Source: an uncultured Gammaproteobacteria bacterium
GTDB lineage: Bacteria; Pseudomonadota; Gammaproteobacteria; Pseudomonadales; Litorivicinaceae
Assembly (NCBI GenBank): GCA_913031455.1
Contig: CAJWFL010000001.1
Location: forward strand, 1 to 43,788
Direction of reading: 5' to 3'
Length of the DNA stretch: 43,788 nt
Of this stretch, positions 9,026 to 18,322 are shown piece after piece; positions within the stretch are counted from its first letter, which is position 1; each line of letters starts with the position of its first letter. The position numbers and the translations under genes are program-made. The notes under the pieces were generated by a model that saw only the letters and a program-made list of their open reading frames with translations, did not search any database and was not told the DNA's origin.

Positions 9026-10599
9026 TGTCGACAGTATTGATTTGGATTGCCGGCGCTTGGGGAGCGGGGCAAATTGCTCGTTGGCTCGCATTACCTCCTC
9101 TGGTCGGATATCTAACGGTCGGTGCTCTTTTTACCGCAAATGATCTTGGGGATATTAACCATTGGCTCGATGTGCCATCAGAAATCGGTGTCGAGCTCCT
9201 TCTGTTCGCGGTTGGCTTAAAAATGGATCCCAAGTCGATCTTTCGATTCGACGTTGCATTTGGAACCCTCCTGCATCTGATGTTGTCTGCCCTGATTTTG
9301 GTGCTGGCTCTTACGCAGGATTTGTCGACCGAGATGAAGATTGCGTTGGCGCTGACCCTCGGTTTTTCGAGTACGGTCGTCGCTGCAAAGGGACTCGAAG
9401 CGCGTCGAGAAATCCGTGCGTTTCACGGCCGCTTGTCGATTAGTATTCTGGTTCTTCAGGACCTTGTTGCAGTGACTTTGTTGGCGATTAGTGGTGATTC
9501 GGCGCCTTCACCCTATGCGCTTGGATTGCTTGCAATACCACTGGTTGCTCCGATGTTGAGAAAAAGTCTTGAAAAACTGTCTCCGGAACCAGAACTGCAG
9601 TTATTGGTTGGCGTTCTGATTGCATTGGTTCTAGGTGCTCAATTATTCAAAGCCGTTGGGGTCAGTGGTGAACTTGGTGCGTTGGTCATGGGTATGGTGT
9701 TTGCGAACCATCCGGTGGCGAAAAGCCTTGCCAATTATCTTTGGGGAATCCGCGAGTTACTGCTGATTGCGTTTTTCTTGCGTATTGGGATGCAAGTCCC
9801 GCTCGATCTCCAGGTTCTGATGGACGCAATACCACTGCTACTTATGTTGCCGATCAAACTGATGGTGTTGTTTGGGCTTTTGTTAGTCATTCGGCTTCGC
9901 TCTTACACCGCATTTTTAATGTCGATTACGTTGTTTTCGTACTCCGAATTTGCCCTCATCGTAGCGGCAGCTTGGGCGGATGCTGGCTTGATTCCAACAT
10001 CGGTACTTCCTGTGATTGCCGTTGCTGTGACCCTGAGTTTTGTGATCTCTGCGCCGTTGAATCGGTTTGCGCATGAATTATACGAGCGATTTGAGGGGCC
10101 ACTCATGCGTTTTGAGCGAACGGACCGGCATCCAGATGAGCAACCCTTGACGTTGGGTGGGGCGCACGTGCTTGTCATCGGGATGGGTCGAATCGGAACG
10201 GCTGTTTTCGATAGCTTAACGGATGATGGTGAAAAAGTGGTCGGTATTGACGCTGATCCCGGGAAACTGGAATCACATCGTGAGGCTGGTCGTCGAGTTG
10301 TATTTGCTGATGCTGAGGACCCTGGTTTTTGGAATAACTTGCGTTTTGGTCGACTTCAGGCAGTGGTATTGACGATGCCTGAACCAGAATCACAGTGTTG
10401 GGCAACGAATCGTTTGAGGGAACGGAGTTTTGAGGGCGTGATCGCGGTCAGTACACGCTCTCGCCATTCCGTTGCTCGGGTTGAGGATGCTGGTGCAAAT
10501 CTTATTTACGACGCCGACGATGCTGCGGGTCTTGGCCTTGGGAAGGCTGTCCTCAAGTGTCTTGATGGCGAGCGATTAGGAAATCCCGAGCCTCGTTGA
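9022..10599 (+). CDS. Cation:proton antiporter, Kef/CPA2 family with C-terminal TrkA-N domain
   Basis: Many hydrophobic helices, FSST and LVLQD motifs, GMGRIG nucleotide-binding motif. The ATG at 9022 overlaps the epmB stop. Confidence 0.9.
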   Translation: MMSTVLIWIAGAWGAGQIARWLALPPLVGYLTVGALFTANDLGDINHWLDVPSEIGVELLLFAVGLKMDPKSIFRFDVAFGTLLHLMLSALILVLALTQDLSTEMKIALALTLGFSSTVVAAKGLEARREIRAFHGRLSISILVLQDLVAVTLLAISGDSAPSPYALGLLAIPLVAPMLRKSLEKLSPEPELQLLVGVLIALVLGAQLFKAVGVSGELGALVMGMVFANHPVAKSLANYLWGIRELLLIAFFLRIGMQVPLDLQVLMDAIPLLLMLPIKLMVLFGLLLVIRLRSYTAFLMSITLFSYSEFALIVAAAWADAGLIPTSVLPVIAVAVTLSFVISAPLNRFAHELYERFEGPLMRFERTDRHPDEQPLTLGGAHVLVIGMGRIGTAVFDSLTDDGEKVVGIDADPGKLESHREAGRRVVFADAEDPGFWNNLRFGRLQAVVLTMPEPESQCWATNRLRERSFEGVIAVSTRSRHSVARVEDAGANLIYDADDAAGLGLGKAVLKCLDGERLGNPEPR

Positions 10600-11059
10600 T
10601 CAACGCGGCAAGATAATCGGTCCCGTCTTTGTCTGGATGCATTTTACCCATGAGCTTTCTGTGAGCTACTCTGATCTCAGCAGGAGTTGCGTTCTCATCG
10701 ACGCCAAGAATTTCAGCGGCGCGCTTGACGGTCATTGGTTCGTCGCGTGCTGATCTCTGCTGGTTCGCATGCGCCGCACCAGCCCCTGCGGCTGCACCGA
10801 GCCCCAGGATTTGGCGGAGTTGCGGGAACATCGATAAGAGCCCGCGAAGACTCCATAAGCGTCTGCCAAATGCTACAATTGGTGCCGCGAGGGCCGCCAA
10901 AGCAGGTAGTTTGCCAGTGACAACCAATAATAAGATGCCGATTGCAACAGCGCCGCCGATGACCTTGAATTTGTTTTCTGCAATCCAGCCTTTGGTTGAT
11001 CCGCGAGTGAGCAGATAAAACAACGCAAGGACGACGAGGGCGATGATGAGTATTCTCAT
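10553..11059 (-). CDS. Membrane-anchored J-domain protein, Pam18/Tim14(TimB)-like
   Basis: N-terminal hydrophobic segments and a C-terminal short J domain MTVKRAAEILGV...IRVAHRKLMGKMHPDKDGTDYLAALINEARD with an intact HPD. Confidence 0.88.
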   Translation of the reverse strand: MRILIIALVVLALFYLLTRGSTKGWIAENKFKVIGGAVAIGILLLVVTGKLPALAALAAPIVAFGRRLWSLRGLLSMFPQLRQILGLGAAAGAGAAHANQQRSARDEPMTVKRAAEILGVDENATPAEIRVAHRKLMGKMHPDKDGTDYLAALINEARDFLIARHQDT

Positions 11060-11103
11060 GTTCTATATTTGTCTGGACAAAAGTGGGACAACATTGCCAC
11101 ACT
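11059..11103. promoter_or_regulatory. Putative CarH-type operator in the divergent intergenic region
   Basis: ACA recurs at 11077, 11088 and 11099 (11-bp period), GGACAA is repeated at 11075 and 11086, and TTTGTC-TG-GACAAA is an inverted repeat at 11068-11081. Confidence 0.6.
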
Positions 11104-11110
11104 AGAAGGT

Positions 11111-12118
11111 ATGGCTACTTTAGAAACGATTTCAAGTATCGATACAACTCCCCGACATCCAATCCGACTGGTCGCCAATCGAACTGGTCTGACGGTCGAC
11201 TTGATTCGCGCCTGGGAGAAACGTTACCACGTTGTTGAGCCTGCGCGTAGTGATACCAAGCGCAGACTCTACAGCGATTATGATATTGAACGGCTTCGAC
11301 TGATCCGGATCGCGAAACAAAACGGGCGCCGCTTGGTCGATGTGGCCCCAATGTCGCTCGAAGCCCTTCGCGACGTGGTCTCCGAAGATAGCCGTTTTGA
11401 TGCAGCACAAGACAATCCAGCAGAGGTCTATCGGCCAAGCTGGTCTAATCCGCTGGAGTCCACAGATACACAAGACGCTGTCGACGCCATGTTGTTCGCA
11501 ATCCAAACCATGGATCAGCACCGCTTTGATCAGTTGCTACAAGAGGGCCTTGTGAAGCAAGCGCTGCCCGCATACCTCGAGACAGTGATCGGACCACTGC
11601 TACGCGAAATTGGTGAATCCACGCGCCTTGGAAAGCTTCGGATTGCACACGAGCATATGGCAACTGCGCACTTGAGGACGTTTATTGGGGCCCTTCGATT
11701 TCGCGAAACCTTTACCGGTAGCGAACCGAAGATCGTTATCACTACACCAACCGGACAGCTTCATGAGCTCGGAGCACTGATGATTGCCGCGCTTGTCTCA
11801 GTTGATGGCTGGTTGCCCGTTTACCTCGGGCCGAATACGCCGGCGGATGAAATAGCAGCATGCGCAATGCAATCTGGAGCACGTGCGGTGAGTTTGTCTA
11901 TGACTTATCCAGCCGACGATCCGAGGATTCCGACTGAATTGACTCGATTGCGATCGCAACTTGACCAGAAAATTCCACTGTTTGTTGGTGGTTCCGCTGC
12001 GGCCCATCATCAAGAGTTGATTGGCCGACTGGGCATTCAGTCACCGTCGTCCTTAAATGGCTTGCGTCAATCGTTGAACGAACTTCGCGATCGAGGCTTC
12101 AGGCGGCAATCGGCATGA
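11111..12118 (+). CDS. MerR-family regulator with cobalamin-binding domain (CarH/LitR-like)
   Basis: MerR HTH with IRAWEKRY...RRLYSDYDIERL, helical-bundle IAHEH motif, B12 motif TTPTGQLHELG and YLGPNTP. ATG 11111 is preferred over the TTG at 11069. Confidence 0.9.
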   Translation: MATLETISSIDTTPRHPIRLVANRTGLTVDLIRAWEKRYHVVEPARSDTKRRLYSDYDIERLRLIRIAKQNGRRLVDVAPMSLEALRDVVSEDSRFDAAQDNPAEVYRPSWSNPLESTDTQDAVDAMLFAIQTMDQHRFDQLLQEGLVKQALPAYLETVIGPLLREIGESTRLGKLRIAHEHMATAHLRTFIGALRFRETFTGSEPKIVITTPTGQLHELGALMIAALVSVDGWLPVYLGPNTPADEIAACAMQSGARAVSLSMTYPADDPRIPTELTRLRSQLDQKIPLFVGGSAAAHHQELIGRLGIQSPSSLNGLRQSLNELRDRGFRRQSA

Positions 12119-12435
12119 CTTTGGCAGATCTGAAAATAATGTTCGCAAAAGGTCAGTCACCGACTCTTGAGATCCATGCATTTGAGGGAATTATCTATCT
12201 GGTGAAGATCGTGACAGAGGTTGGTGAAACCATGCTGAAAAAAGCCGATGGTGACAATCAGGTGTTTAAGTCATCAATGCAGGCTGGTAGGGCATTGGCT
12301 GATGTGGGGGCAACTGACGCTGTCATTGTGCATCAATGTGCGTATGACGAGGTGATTGGTCACGAGCCATGTCGAACTGAGGATCCATCCCTGCGTACAT
12401 CAATGGATTTGCGATTACTTGCCGGTCTTGGCTAG
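12115..12435 (+). CDS. Conserved hypothetical protein, DUF6482-like
   Basis: 106 aa with LEIHAFEG.IYL and HQCAYDEVIG motifs; ATGA overlap with the regulator. Family recalled from memory. Confidence 0.65.
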   Translation: MTLADLKIMFAKGQSPTLEIHAFEGIIYLVKIVTEVGETMLKKADGDNQVFKSSMQAGRALADVGATDAVIVHQCAYDEVIGHEPCRTEDPSLRTSMDLRLLAGLG

Positions 12436-13280
12436 CTTTTGAGCTGGTTCCTTCGTTCACAAAGTGACGCATACTCTGGCGTATCGTCTCCGGTCAAAAT
12501 GCCGTGGCGAATCGCGAAATCAATAATCACCAGATTACAGTTGTATTTAAAAGCATCCGTTGTTTCGATGATTGTCAGTACCTCTTGAATTGGTAGTCGT
12601 TCAAAGGATTCCACTTCACCATCCTGGCACTTGGGTACGAAACTATCCGGAAGTTCGAGATCATAACAGTACAAGATGTCGCGTTTTAATCCGCGTCCAT
12701 CAGTGTATCGATAGCTGACGGTCCCGGTTGCGATGGATTGACTGGCTTGCGCTTTGGAAATGCCAGCTTCTTCAGCACATTCTTTGATTAAATTTTCGAA
12801 TAGACCGAGACCGGCCGGTTGGCCACCAGCAACCATATTATCGAGTTTGCCTGGAAATGTTGGCTTGCTTTGTGATCGCTTGGCCACCCACAACTCGATG
12901 CCCGCTTGGGTTCTTACAAAACCATTGAGATGCACGCCGAAGGTGAGACAGCCGAGCGGTGCAGTCAATGTGCGCTCCATCACAAAGCGGGTTGGATCAT
13001 TGACTGATGCTTTAACCGGAAAGGGTTCGCCAACCCAACTGTGGAGAAGCCCATCTTCGTAAATCTCTTTTGCAAATCGCGCGAAGGTTTGGTTGAGGTC
13101 ACCCTCAGATAAGCTCGGAATCACAAGACCCAGTTCTGATTCCTGCCACAGACCAAAACTTAACCCGCGTTCTTTGAACCTTTCTTGCACATAACCAAGT
13201 AGTGCATCCCCTTGAAACCAGGGTATCCAAGATTGCAAATCCGCATTGTGCGCACGGTCAAAATGGTCAAGATAACTCAA
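12432..13280 (-). CDS. NUDIX hydrolase with DUF4743-type N-terminal domain
   Basis: GVHLNGF, LWVAKRS..KPTFPGKLDNMVAGG, Nudix box KECAEEAGI, FKYNCNLV. Likely TTG start at 13280 with a GGAG SD, overlapping the upstream stop. Confidence 0.87.
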   Translation of the reverse strand: MSYLDHFDRAHNADLQSWIPWFQGDALLGYVQERFKERGLSFGLWQESELGLVIPSLSEGDLNQTFARFAKEIYEDGLLHSWVGEPFPVKASVNDPTRFVMERTLTAPLGCLTFGVHLNGFVRTQAGIELWVAKRSQSKPTFPGKLDNMVAGGQPAGLGLFENLIKECAEEAGISKAQASQSIATGTVSYRYTDGRGLKRDILYCYDLELPDSFVPKCQDGEVESFERLPIQEVLTIIETTDAFKYNCNLVIIDFAIRHGILTGDDTPEYASLCERRNQLKS

Positions 13281-14272
13281 GAGCGGCTCCAATAACTTAC
13301 AAACAATGGAATACAAACACCCATCGCGAGCACACGAATCAGGTGATGTGTTGTGAAGTAGAGTCCATCAGCACCCGCTTCTAATGCAACAACGGGCATG
13401 ACTTGGAAGCCACCGAGCATGAATGCGAGTGTAGCATCGACAAATGGAAATCCGAGTAGTTGTTTTACGGCGAAATTGCCAGCCATTGCCAATCCGACCG
13501 CCACTAGGGTCGAGAGTGCAGCTGGTGGAAACGTTCTGAGTAGTACGCCGAGCCCCTGTCCAATGATATCGATTCCAATACGCCAACCAAATAGCAACAT
13601 CGCAAGACCGATAAATGCAGGAGGGGTATTGAGTTGAATGAGCACTGAAAGTCTGAGGAAGGCACCGCTAAAAATACCGATGATCAAACCAGGTGTGGTG
13701 ATTTTCAAATAACGGAGCACACCCGTGGCAGTCCAAGCGAACGGAAGAACAATGATCCATGACACAAAGTCCGACCGCGTGAAAACAAATACTGTTTCAA
13801 ATTGCTCTGGTACGACAAACAGAACAGAAACGATTAATGTGAGTAATGCGAGGCGCAGACTTTGGTAGATTGCGACTTGCGATACTGCACCGCCATAGTG
13901 TTCAGTGACCGTAAGTGCTGACGACAAATTACCGGGTGCTGCAGCCATATGGGCACTGATCCGATCAAGACTCGGTTGTTGCTGATTGAGTTTGCCGATC
14001 AGCCATAAGATGAGCACTATACAGATGATCATGATAAGTAGACTGACAGGCCACAGTTGAATGCGGTCAACGATATCTGGGGTCACTTGACTACCGAGTG
14101 CGATGCCGATCAGTAAGATTGCAAAATGATGGGCGTCAACACTGGGCTTTTGATTAATTCCTGTGACGTGTGCCAGGCGTCCAACCGCAACAATGGGTCC
14201 GATCATGGCGCCGAGAGAATAGTCGATGGCTTCAAAGACAGAGGCTGACGCTGCTGAAATCAGTCCAAACAC
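13277..14272 (-). CDS. AbrB-family (putative ammonia monooxygenase-like) membrane protein, possibly frameshifted at its 5' end
   Basis: Two-repeat membrane protein with AAAPG...QSLRL and MLGG...HHLIR motifs. A better-placed ATG at 14297 is out of frame by one base. Confidence 0.72.
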   Translation of the reverse strand: MFGLISAASASVFEAIDYSLGAMIGPIVAVGRLAHVTGINQKPSVDAHHFAILLIGIALGSQVTPDIVDRIQLWPVSLLIMIICIVLILWLIGKLNQQQPSLDRISAHMAAAPGNLSSALTVTEHYGGAVSQVAIYQSLRLALLTLIVSVLFVVPEQFETVFVFTRSDFVSWIIVLPFAWTATGVLRYLKITTPGLIIGIFSGAFLRLSVLIQLNTPPAFIGLAMLLFGWRIGIDIIGQGLGVLLRTFPPAALSTLVAVGLAMAGNFAVKQLLGFPFVDATLAFMLGGFQVMPVVALEAGADGLYFTTHHLIRVLAMGVCIPLFVSYWSRS

Positions 14273-14289
14273 AAGTAAAGGCTAATGCG

Positions 14290-14610
14290 TTAGGCATCTT
14301 CGAGTTGCATTTCGATCAATCCGTTATCGTTAATTCGGATAGGGAAAGTCGATACCTGTCCATAGGCGGGTGCAGACAGCGCCTGGCCTGTTTTGACACA
14401 AAATCGCGCGCCGTGTCGCGGACATTCAATTTCGCCATTGATATAGAGACCACCACAGAGTTCAGCACCATCGTGGGTGCACAAATCTTCGATCGCATAC
14501 ACCGCATCACCTTCACGAAAAACCAACACATCCATGTCATCAAACTCGAAGCGCTCATAGGCGCCATCGGCGAGTGCATCGATCGTTGAGATTTCAATCC
14601 AATTGCTCAC
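14290..14610 (-). CDS. Rieske-type [2Fe-2S] ferredoxin
   Basis: CTHD...IECPRHGARF Rieske motifs; GTG start at 14610 preceded by AGGAGGTG. Confidence 0.92.
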   Translation of the reverse strand: MSNWIEISTIDALADGAYERFEFDDMDVLVFREGDAVYAIEDLCTHDGAELCGGLYINGEIECPRHGARFCVKTGQALSAPAYGQVSTFPIRINDNGLIEMQLEDA

Positions 14611-14618
14611 AACACCTC

Positions 14619-15173
14619 CTAAAATAAACCAGCCTCTAGGCGTGCTTCTTCGGTCATTCTGCTCGCATCCCAAGGCGGATCAAAGACCATTTGTATGTCT
14701 GCTTGATCAACTCCAGGCAGTGCCTCGATCTTTTCTTTGATATCTCGGGCCATGATGGGTCCCATACCACAACCGGGGGCTGTCAACGTCATGTCCACTC
14801 TGACATGCGTTCGCCCATCGATCAGTGTTGAGATTCTCAAAGCGTAAATTAAACCCAACTCAACGATATTCACCGGAATTTCCGGATCATAGCTCTGTTT
14901 GAGTACATCCCACACTTGATCTTCGAGTGACAGTGTATCCAGTGTGCCGTGCTGCTTAGGGGCCTCAACACCAAGCCTCGCGAGATCGTCAGTTTCAATC
15001 CGGACCAAACGGCTGCCAATGTCGAGCGTCAAGGTGTCTCCAAGCGCCTGAGTGACCGTGACTGTCTCGCCAACACCGATGGTCAAGGGGATCCCCTGAG
15101 GGACTTGTTTCCCAGTCACATTCTCAAGGACGGTCAGTTCAGAGCCTTTGTCGAGGGTCGCAAAGGGGATCAT
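14619..15173 (-). CDS. sufT: Fe-S cluster assembly protein SufT (DUF59)
   Basis: YDPEIPVNIVELGLIY, MTLTAPGCGMG and VFDPPW motifs. Confidence 0.92.
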   Translation of the reverse strand: MIPFATLDKGSELTVLENVTGKQVPQGIPLTIGVGETVTVTQALGDTLTLDIGSRLVRIETDDLARLGVEAPKQHGTLDTLSLEDQVWDVLKQSYDPEIPVNIVELGLIYALRISTLIDGRTHVRVDMTLTAPGCGMGPIMARDIKEKIEALPGVDQADIQMVFDPPWDASRMTEEARLEAGLF

Positions 15174-16393
15174 CAGTCCGTCAGCATACCGATTACGCGA
15201 TCGAGTGCCTCAAGGAATCGATCCACTTCATCAACTGAGTTGTAAAACGCCACAGAGGCGCGAGCAGTTCCTGGTAGTCCAAAATGCTCCATCGTCGGCA
15301 TCGCACAGTGATGGCCTGTTCGTACGGCGAAACCAAGTTGATCGAGAAGCGTTCCGACATCAGTGGGGTGCGCTCCTTTGACATTGAATGAACACACACT
15401 TGTCCAGTGTTTAGGATTACCTAATACGTCGACTTTGTTACGACTCAGCATGGCCTCAGTGAGATGTTGATGGACTTGGTGTTCATGGGCGATGGCAGCG
15501 TCAAAATCGATCGATTCAAGGTAATCGAGAGCTCTTGCAAACCCGATGGTATCGGCGATATTCGGCGTGCCTGCCTCGAATTTCCAGGGCAACTCATTGT
15601 ACGTTGTTCCACTGAAGCTCACACGATCAATCATATCGCCACCCCCTTGCCAAGGCGGGAGAGATTCCAGTAATTCACGTTGGCCAATCAGCACACCGAT
15701 CCCAGTTGGACCACAGCATTTGTGTGCACTCACTGCGTAGAAATCCGCGTGAAGCTCTTTCACATTAACTCGCATATGTGGCGCAGCCTGCGCTCCGTCA
15801 ATCACTGAAAACGCATTATTGTCTATGGCCAGTTGAATGAATCCTGTGACATCATTGATTGCACCGATGGCATTTGAGACATGCCCTATCGCGATGACGG
15901 CCACTGTGTGTTCCTTACACAGCTTCTTCGCTGACTCTAAACACAAAGTTCCTGAGGCATCGATCGGAATTGGAATGACCTGAATGCCAATTCGAGATTC
16001 CAGTTGCTGCCAAGGGACGATATTCGCGTGATGTTCAGTTTCGCCAACTAATACCACATCACCCGATTCGAGCCGGGTTGAGAGCGTATTGGCGACGAGA
16101 TTCAGAGCTTCGGTCGCTCCTCGTAGGAGGATCACTTCTCCCGTATCTTCAACTCCAAACCATTGCCCGATTCGGGCGCGCGCGCCCTCATACGCGTCGG
16201 TTGCCTCACCGCTTAAGGTATGAACTCCACGATGGACGTTGGAGTTATAGCGATCGTAGTAGTCACTGATCGACTCGATGACTGTTGTTGGCTTTTGCGA
16301 CGTTGCGGCGTTGTCAAAGTAAACCAACGGTTGTCCGTTAACTTCACGCGATAAAATCGGGAAATTATCGCGAACCCGTGCGAGATCAAACAT
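15173..16393 (-). CDS. sufS: Cysteine desulfurase SufS
   Basis: YFDNAATSQKP, SAHK PLP lysine, RTGHHCA class II motif. Confidence 0.96.
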   Translation of the reverse strand: MFDLARVRDNFPILSREVNGQPLVYFDNAATSQKPTTVIESISDYYDRYNSNVHRGVHTLSGEATDAYEGARARIGQWFGVEDTGEVILLRGATEALNLVANTLSTRLESGDVVLVGETEHHANIVPWQQLESRIGIQVIPIPIDASGTLCLESAKKLCKEHTVAVIAIGHVSNAIGAINDVTGFIQLAIDNNAFSVIDGAQAAPHMRVNVKELHADFYAVSAHKCCGPTGIGVLIGQRELLESLPPWQGGGDMIDRVSFSGTTYNELPWKFEAGTPNIADTIGFARALDYLESIDFDAAIAHEHQVHQHLTEAMLSRNKVDVLGNPKHWTSVCSFNVKGAHPTDVGTLLDQLGFAVRTGHHCAMPTMEHFGLPGTARASVAFYNSVDEVDRFLEALDRVIGMLTD

Positions 16394-17582
16394 CGACGGA
16401 TTCCTTGAGCTCGGCGATCAGTTCGCCATGCTTCAATTCACCCAAGAGTTGCGTCTCGACCAATGCTCGGATGTCGGGATGCTCAATTTCCTCAACGATT
16501 TTTTCTGTAAAAGCGTATTGCAGGAAGGCGCGGGCGTCGGCTTCTGACAGTCCACGACTTTTCAGGTAGAACAGCTCCGTCTTATTCAGACTGCCAACAG
16601 TACACCCATGCGAAGCAGTCACATCGTCAGCATAGATTTCGAGTTCCGGTTTTGGATTCACGCGAGCAGACTCTGACAATAAAAGATTTGCGATGGACTG
16701 CTCAGTCGCTGATCGTTGTGAATCTTTGCAAATCAGGACGCGACCATTAAACGTTGCCTCGCCTTTCCCATCGACCATATTTCGGAAAGTCATTTCACTG
16801 TTGGTCTCGCCGACCACATGGTCAATCGCCAGATGTGTGTCGTGGTATTGCGTACCACTTGTGATGGCCAGTCCGTTCACCGAAGCCGATGCCTCGCGCC
16901 CCACTAATGCAACGTAAATATCGTTCCGAGCTAACTTCGATCCGAACTCAATGGTTTGTAGTCGGTAGGTCGCATTTTCGCCGCATTCAACATCGAGATT
17001 GAAGAACACGTGAGCAGTCGCGTTGGCTGCTTGAAAGCGCACATGTGTGACCGATGAATCATGCGATAACGTTACCAGGCAACGCAGTGAGCTGAGATTT
17101 GCTGACGCAATATCGGTTGATTCAAATTGTTCGACCAGGGTCAGTTGTCCGCCGGCCTCAACGCGTAACAAGAGTGTTGCAAAACCTGCTGAGCTCGCCT
17201 GATTGGCAAGGTGATGCAGATTTAAAACCACCGATGCAGTCGGTTGAATCGTAAGCACCAACCGAGTGTTTTCAAGCGCAGCCTGGGTGAGGCTAAATCC
17301 ATGAGCCTGACTCATTCTGTCAAGGCGTTTCTGCTCAGATGCGGTTAGCGTATTCTCAGATACTGCACATTCGTCGATCGTGGGGACATTGGTAAACTGA
17401 CCGCCCGTTAATGCAAATTGCTCTGTGGTCTGCGGGCTTGCCGGTTGCCATGTCGTGCGTGCAAGGCCCCGGGTGGGAACATATTTCCACGACTCGACAC
17501 GTTTTGTGGGTAAGCCAACCGCTAGCGCTTCTGGCGCGCGGACATCCTTGACGTCGGCTAACCACTCACTGAATCCGCTCAT
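16386..17582 (-). CDS. sufD: Fe-S cluster assembly protein SufD
   Basis: ESWKY and KPELEIYADDVTASHG motifs; position in the operon. Confidence 0.93.
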   Translation of the reverse strand: MSGFSEWLADVKDVRAPEALAVGLPTKRVESWKYVPTRGLARTTWQPASPQTTEQFALTGGQFTNVPTIDECAVSENTLTASEQKRLDRMSQAHGFSLTQAALENTRLVLTIQPTASVVLNLHHLANQASSAGFATLLLRVEAGGQLTLVEQFESTDIASANLSSLRCLVTLSHDSSVTHVRFQAANATAHVFFNLDVECGENATYRLQTIEFGSKLARNDIYVALVGREASASVNGLAITSGTQYHDTHLAIDHVVGETNSEMTFRNMVDGKGEATFNGRVLICKDSQRSATEQSIANLLLSESARVNPKPELEIYADDVTASHGCTVGSLNKTELFYLKSRGLSEADARAFLQYAFTEKIVEEIEHPDIRALVETQLLGELKHGELIAELKESVDV

Positions 17583-18322
17583 GCTGCTTCGATCCCTTCG
17601 TAGCCTTCGCGCTCGAGCTTTTCAGCCAGCGTATGGTCACCAGACAATTTAATTTCACCATCTGCCAGTACGTGCACAAAGTCGGGCTTCACAATGTCGA
17701 GTAGGCGTTGGTAGTGCGTGATAAGTAAGACGCTGCGTTCTGGCGAGCGCATGCGGTTGATTCCCTCGCCAACAACACGGAGCGCATCAACATCGAGGCC
17801 AGAGTCTGTCTCATCGAGCAGCGCGAGCGTTGGCTCAAGCAGTTGCATCTGCAGAATTTCGTTTCGTTTCTTTTCGCCACCTGAGAAGCCTTCGTTGACG
17901 TTGCGATGCAAGAAGGCTTCATCCATTTGCATGACTTTGAGTTTTTCACGGACGAGTTTCAAAAACTCACCGGCCTTTAACTCAGACAGTCCGCGATGTT
18001 CGCGGATGGCGTTCACCGCTGCTTTCAACAAGTAGATATTTTTGACACCTGGAATCTCAACAGGATACTGGAAAGAGAGAAACACACCGGCCCAAGCACG
18101 CTCTTCGGGCTCTAAATCGAGCAGGTTTTGACCTATGTAGATCACTTCTCCGTCGGTCACTTCGTAGTCATCACGGCCGGCAAGTACCGACGATAACGTA
18201 CTCTTACCGGAGCCGTTTGGTCCCATGATAGCGTGTATTTCACCAGTACCGATCGCAAGATTGATGCCTTTGAGGATGGGTTTATCACCAACCCGTACGT
18301 GTAGATTTCGAATAGACAGCAT
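17579..18322 (-). CDS. sufC: Fe-S cluster assembly ATPase SufC
   Basis: GPNGSGKST, FQYPVEIPGV, NEGFSGGEKKRNE, LDETDSGLD. Confidence 0.97.
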   Translation of the reverse strand: MLSIRNLHVRVGDKPILKGINLAIGTGEIHAIMGPNGSGKSTLSSVLAGRDDYEVTDGEVIYIGQNLLDLEPEERAWAGVFLSFQYPVEIPGVKNIYLLKAAVNAIREHRGLSELKAGEFLKLVREKLKVMQMDEAFLHRNVNEGFSGGEKKRNEILQMQLLEPTLALLDETDSGLDVDALRVVGEGINRMRSPERSVLLITHYQRLLDIVKPDFVHVLADGEIKLSGDHTLAEKLEREGYEGIEAA

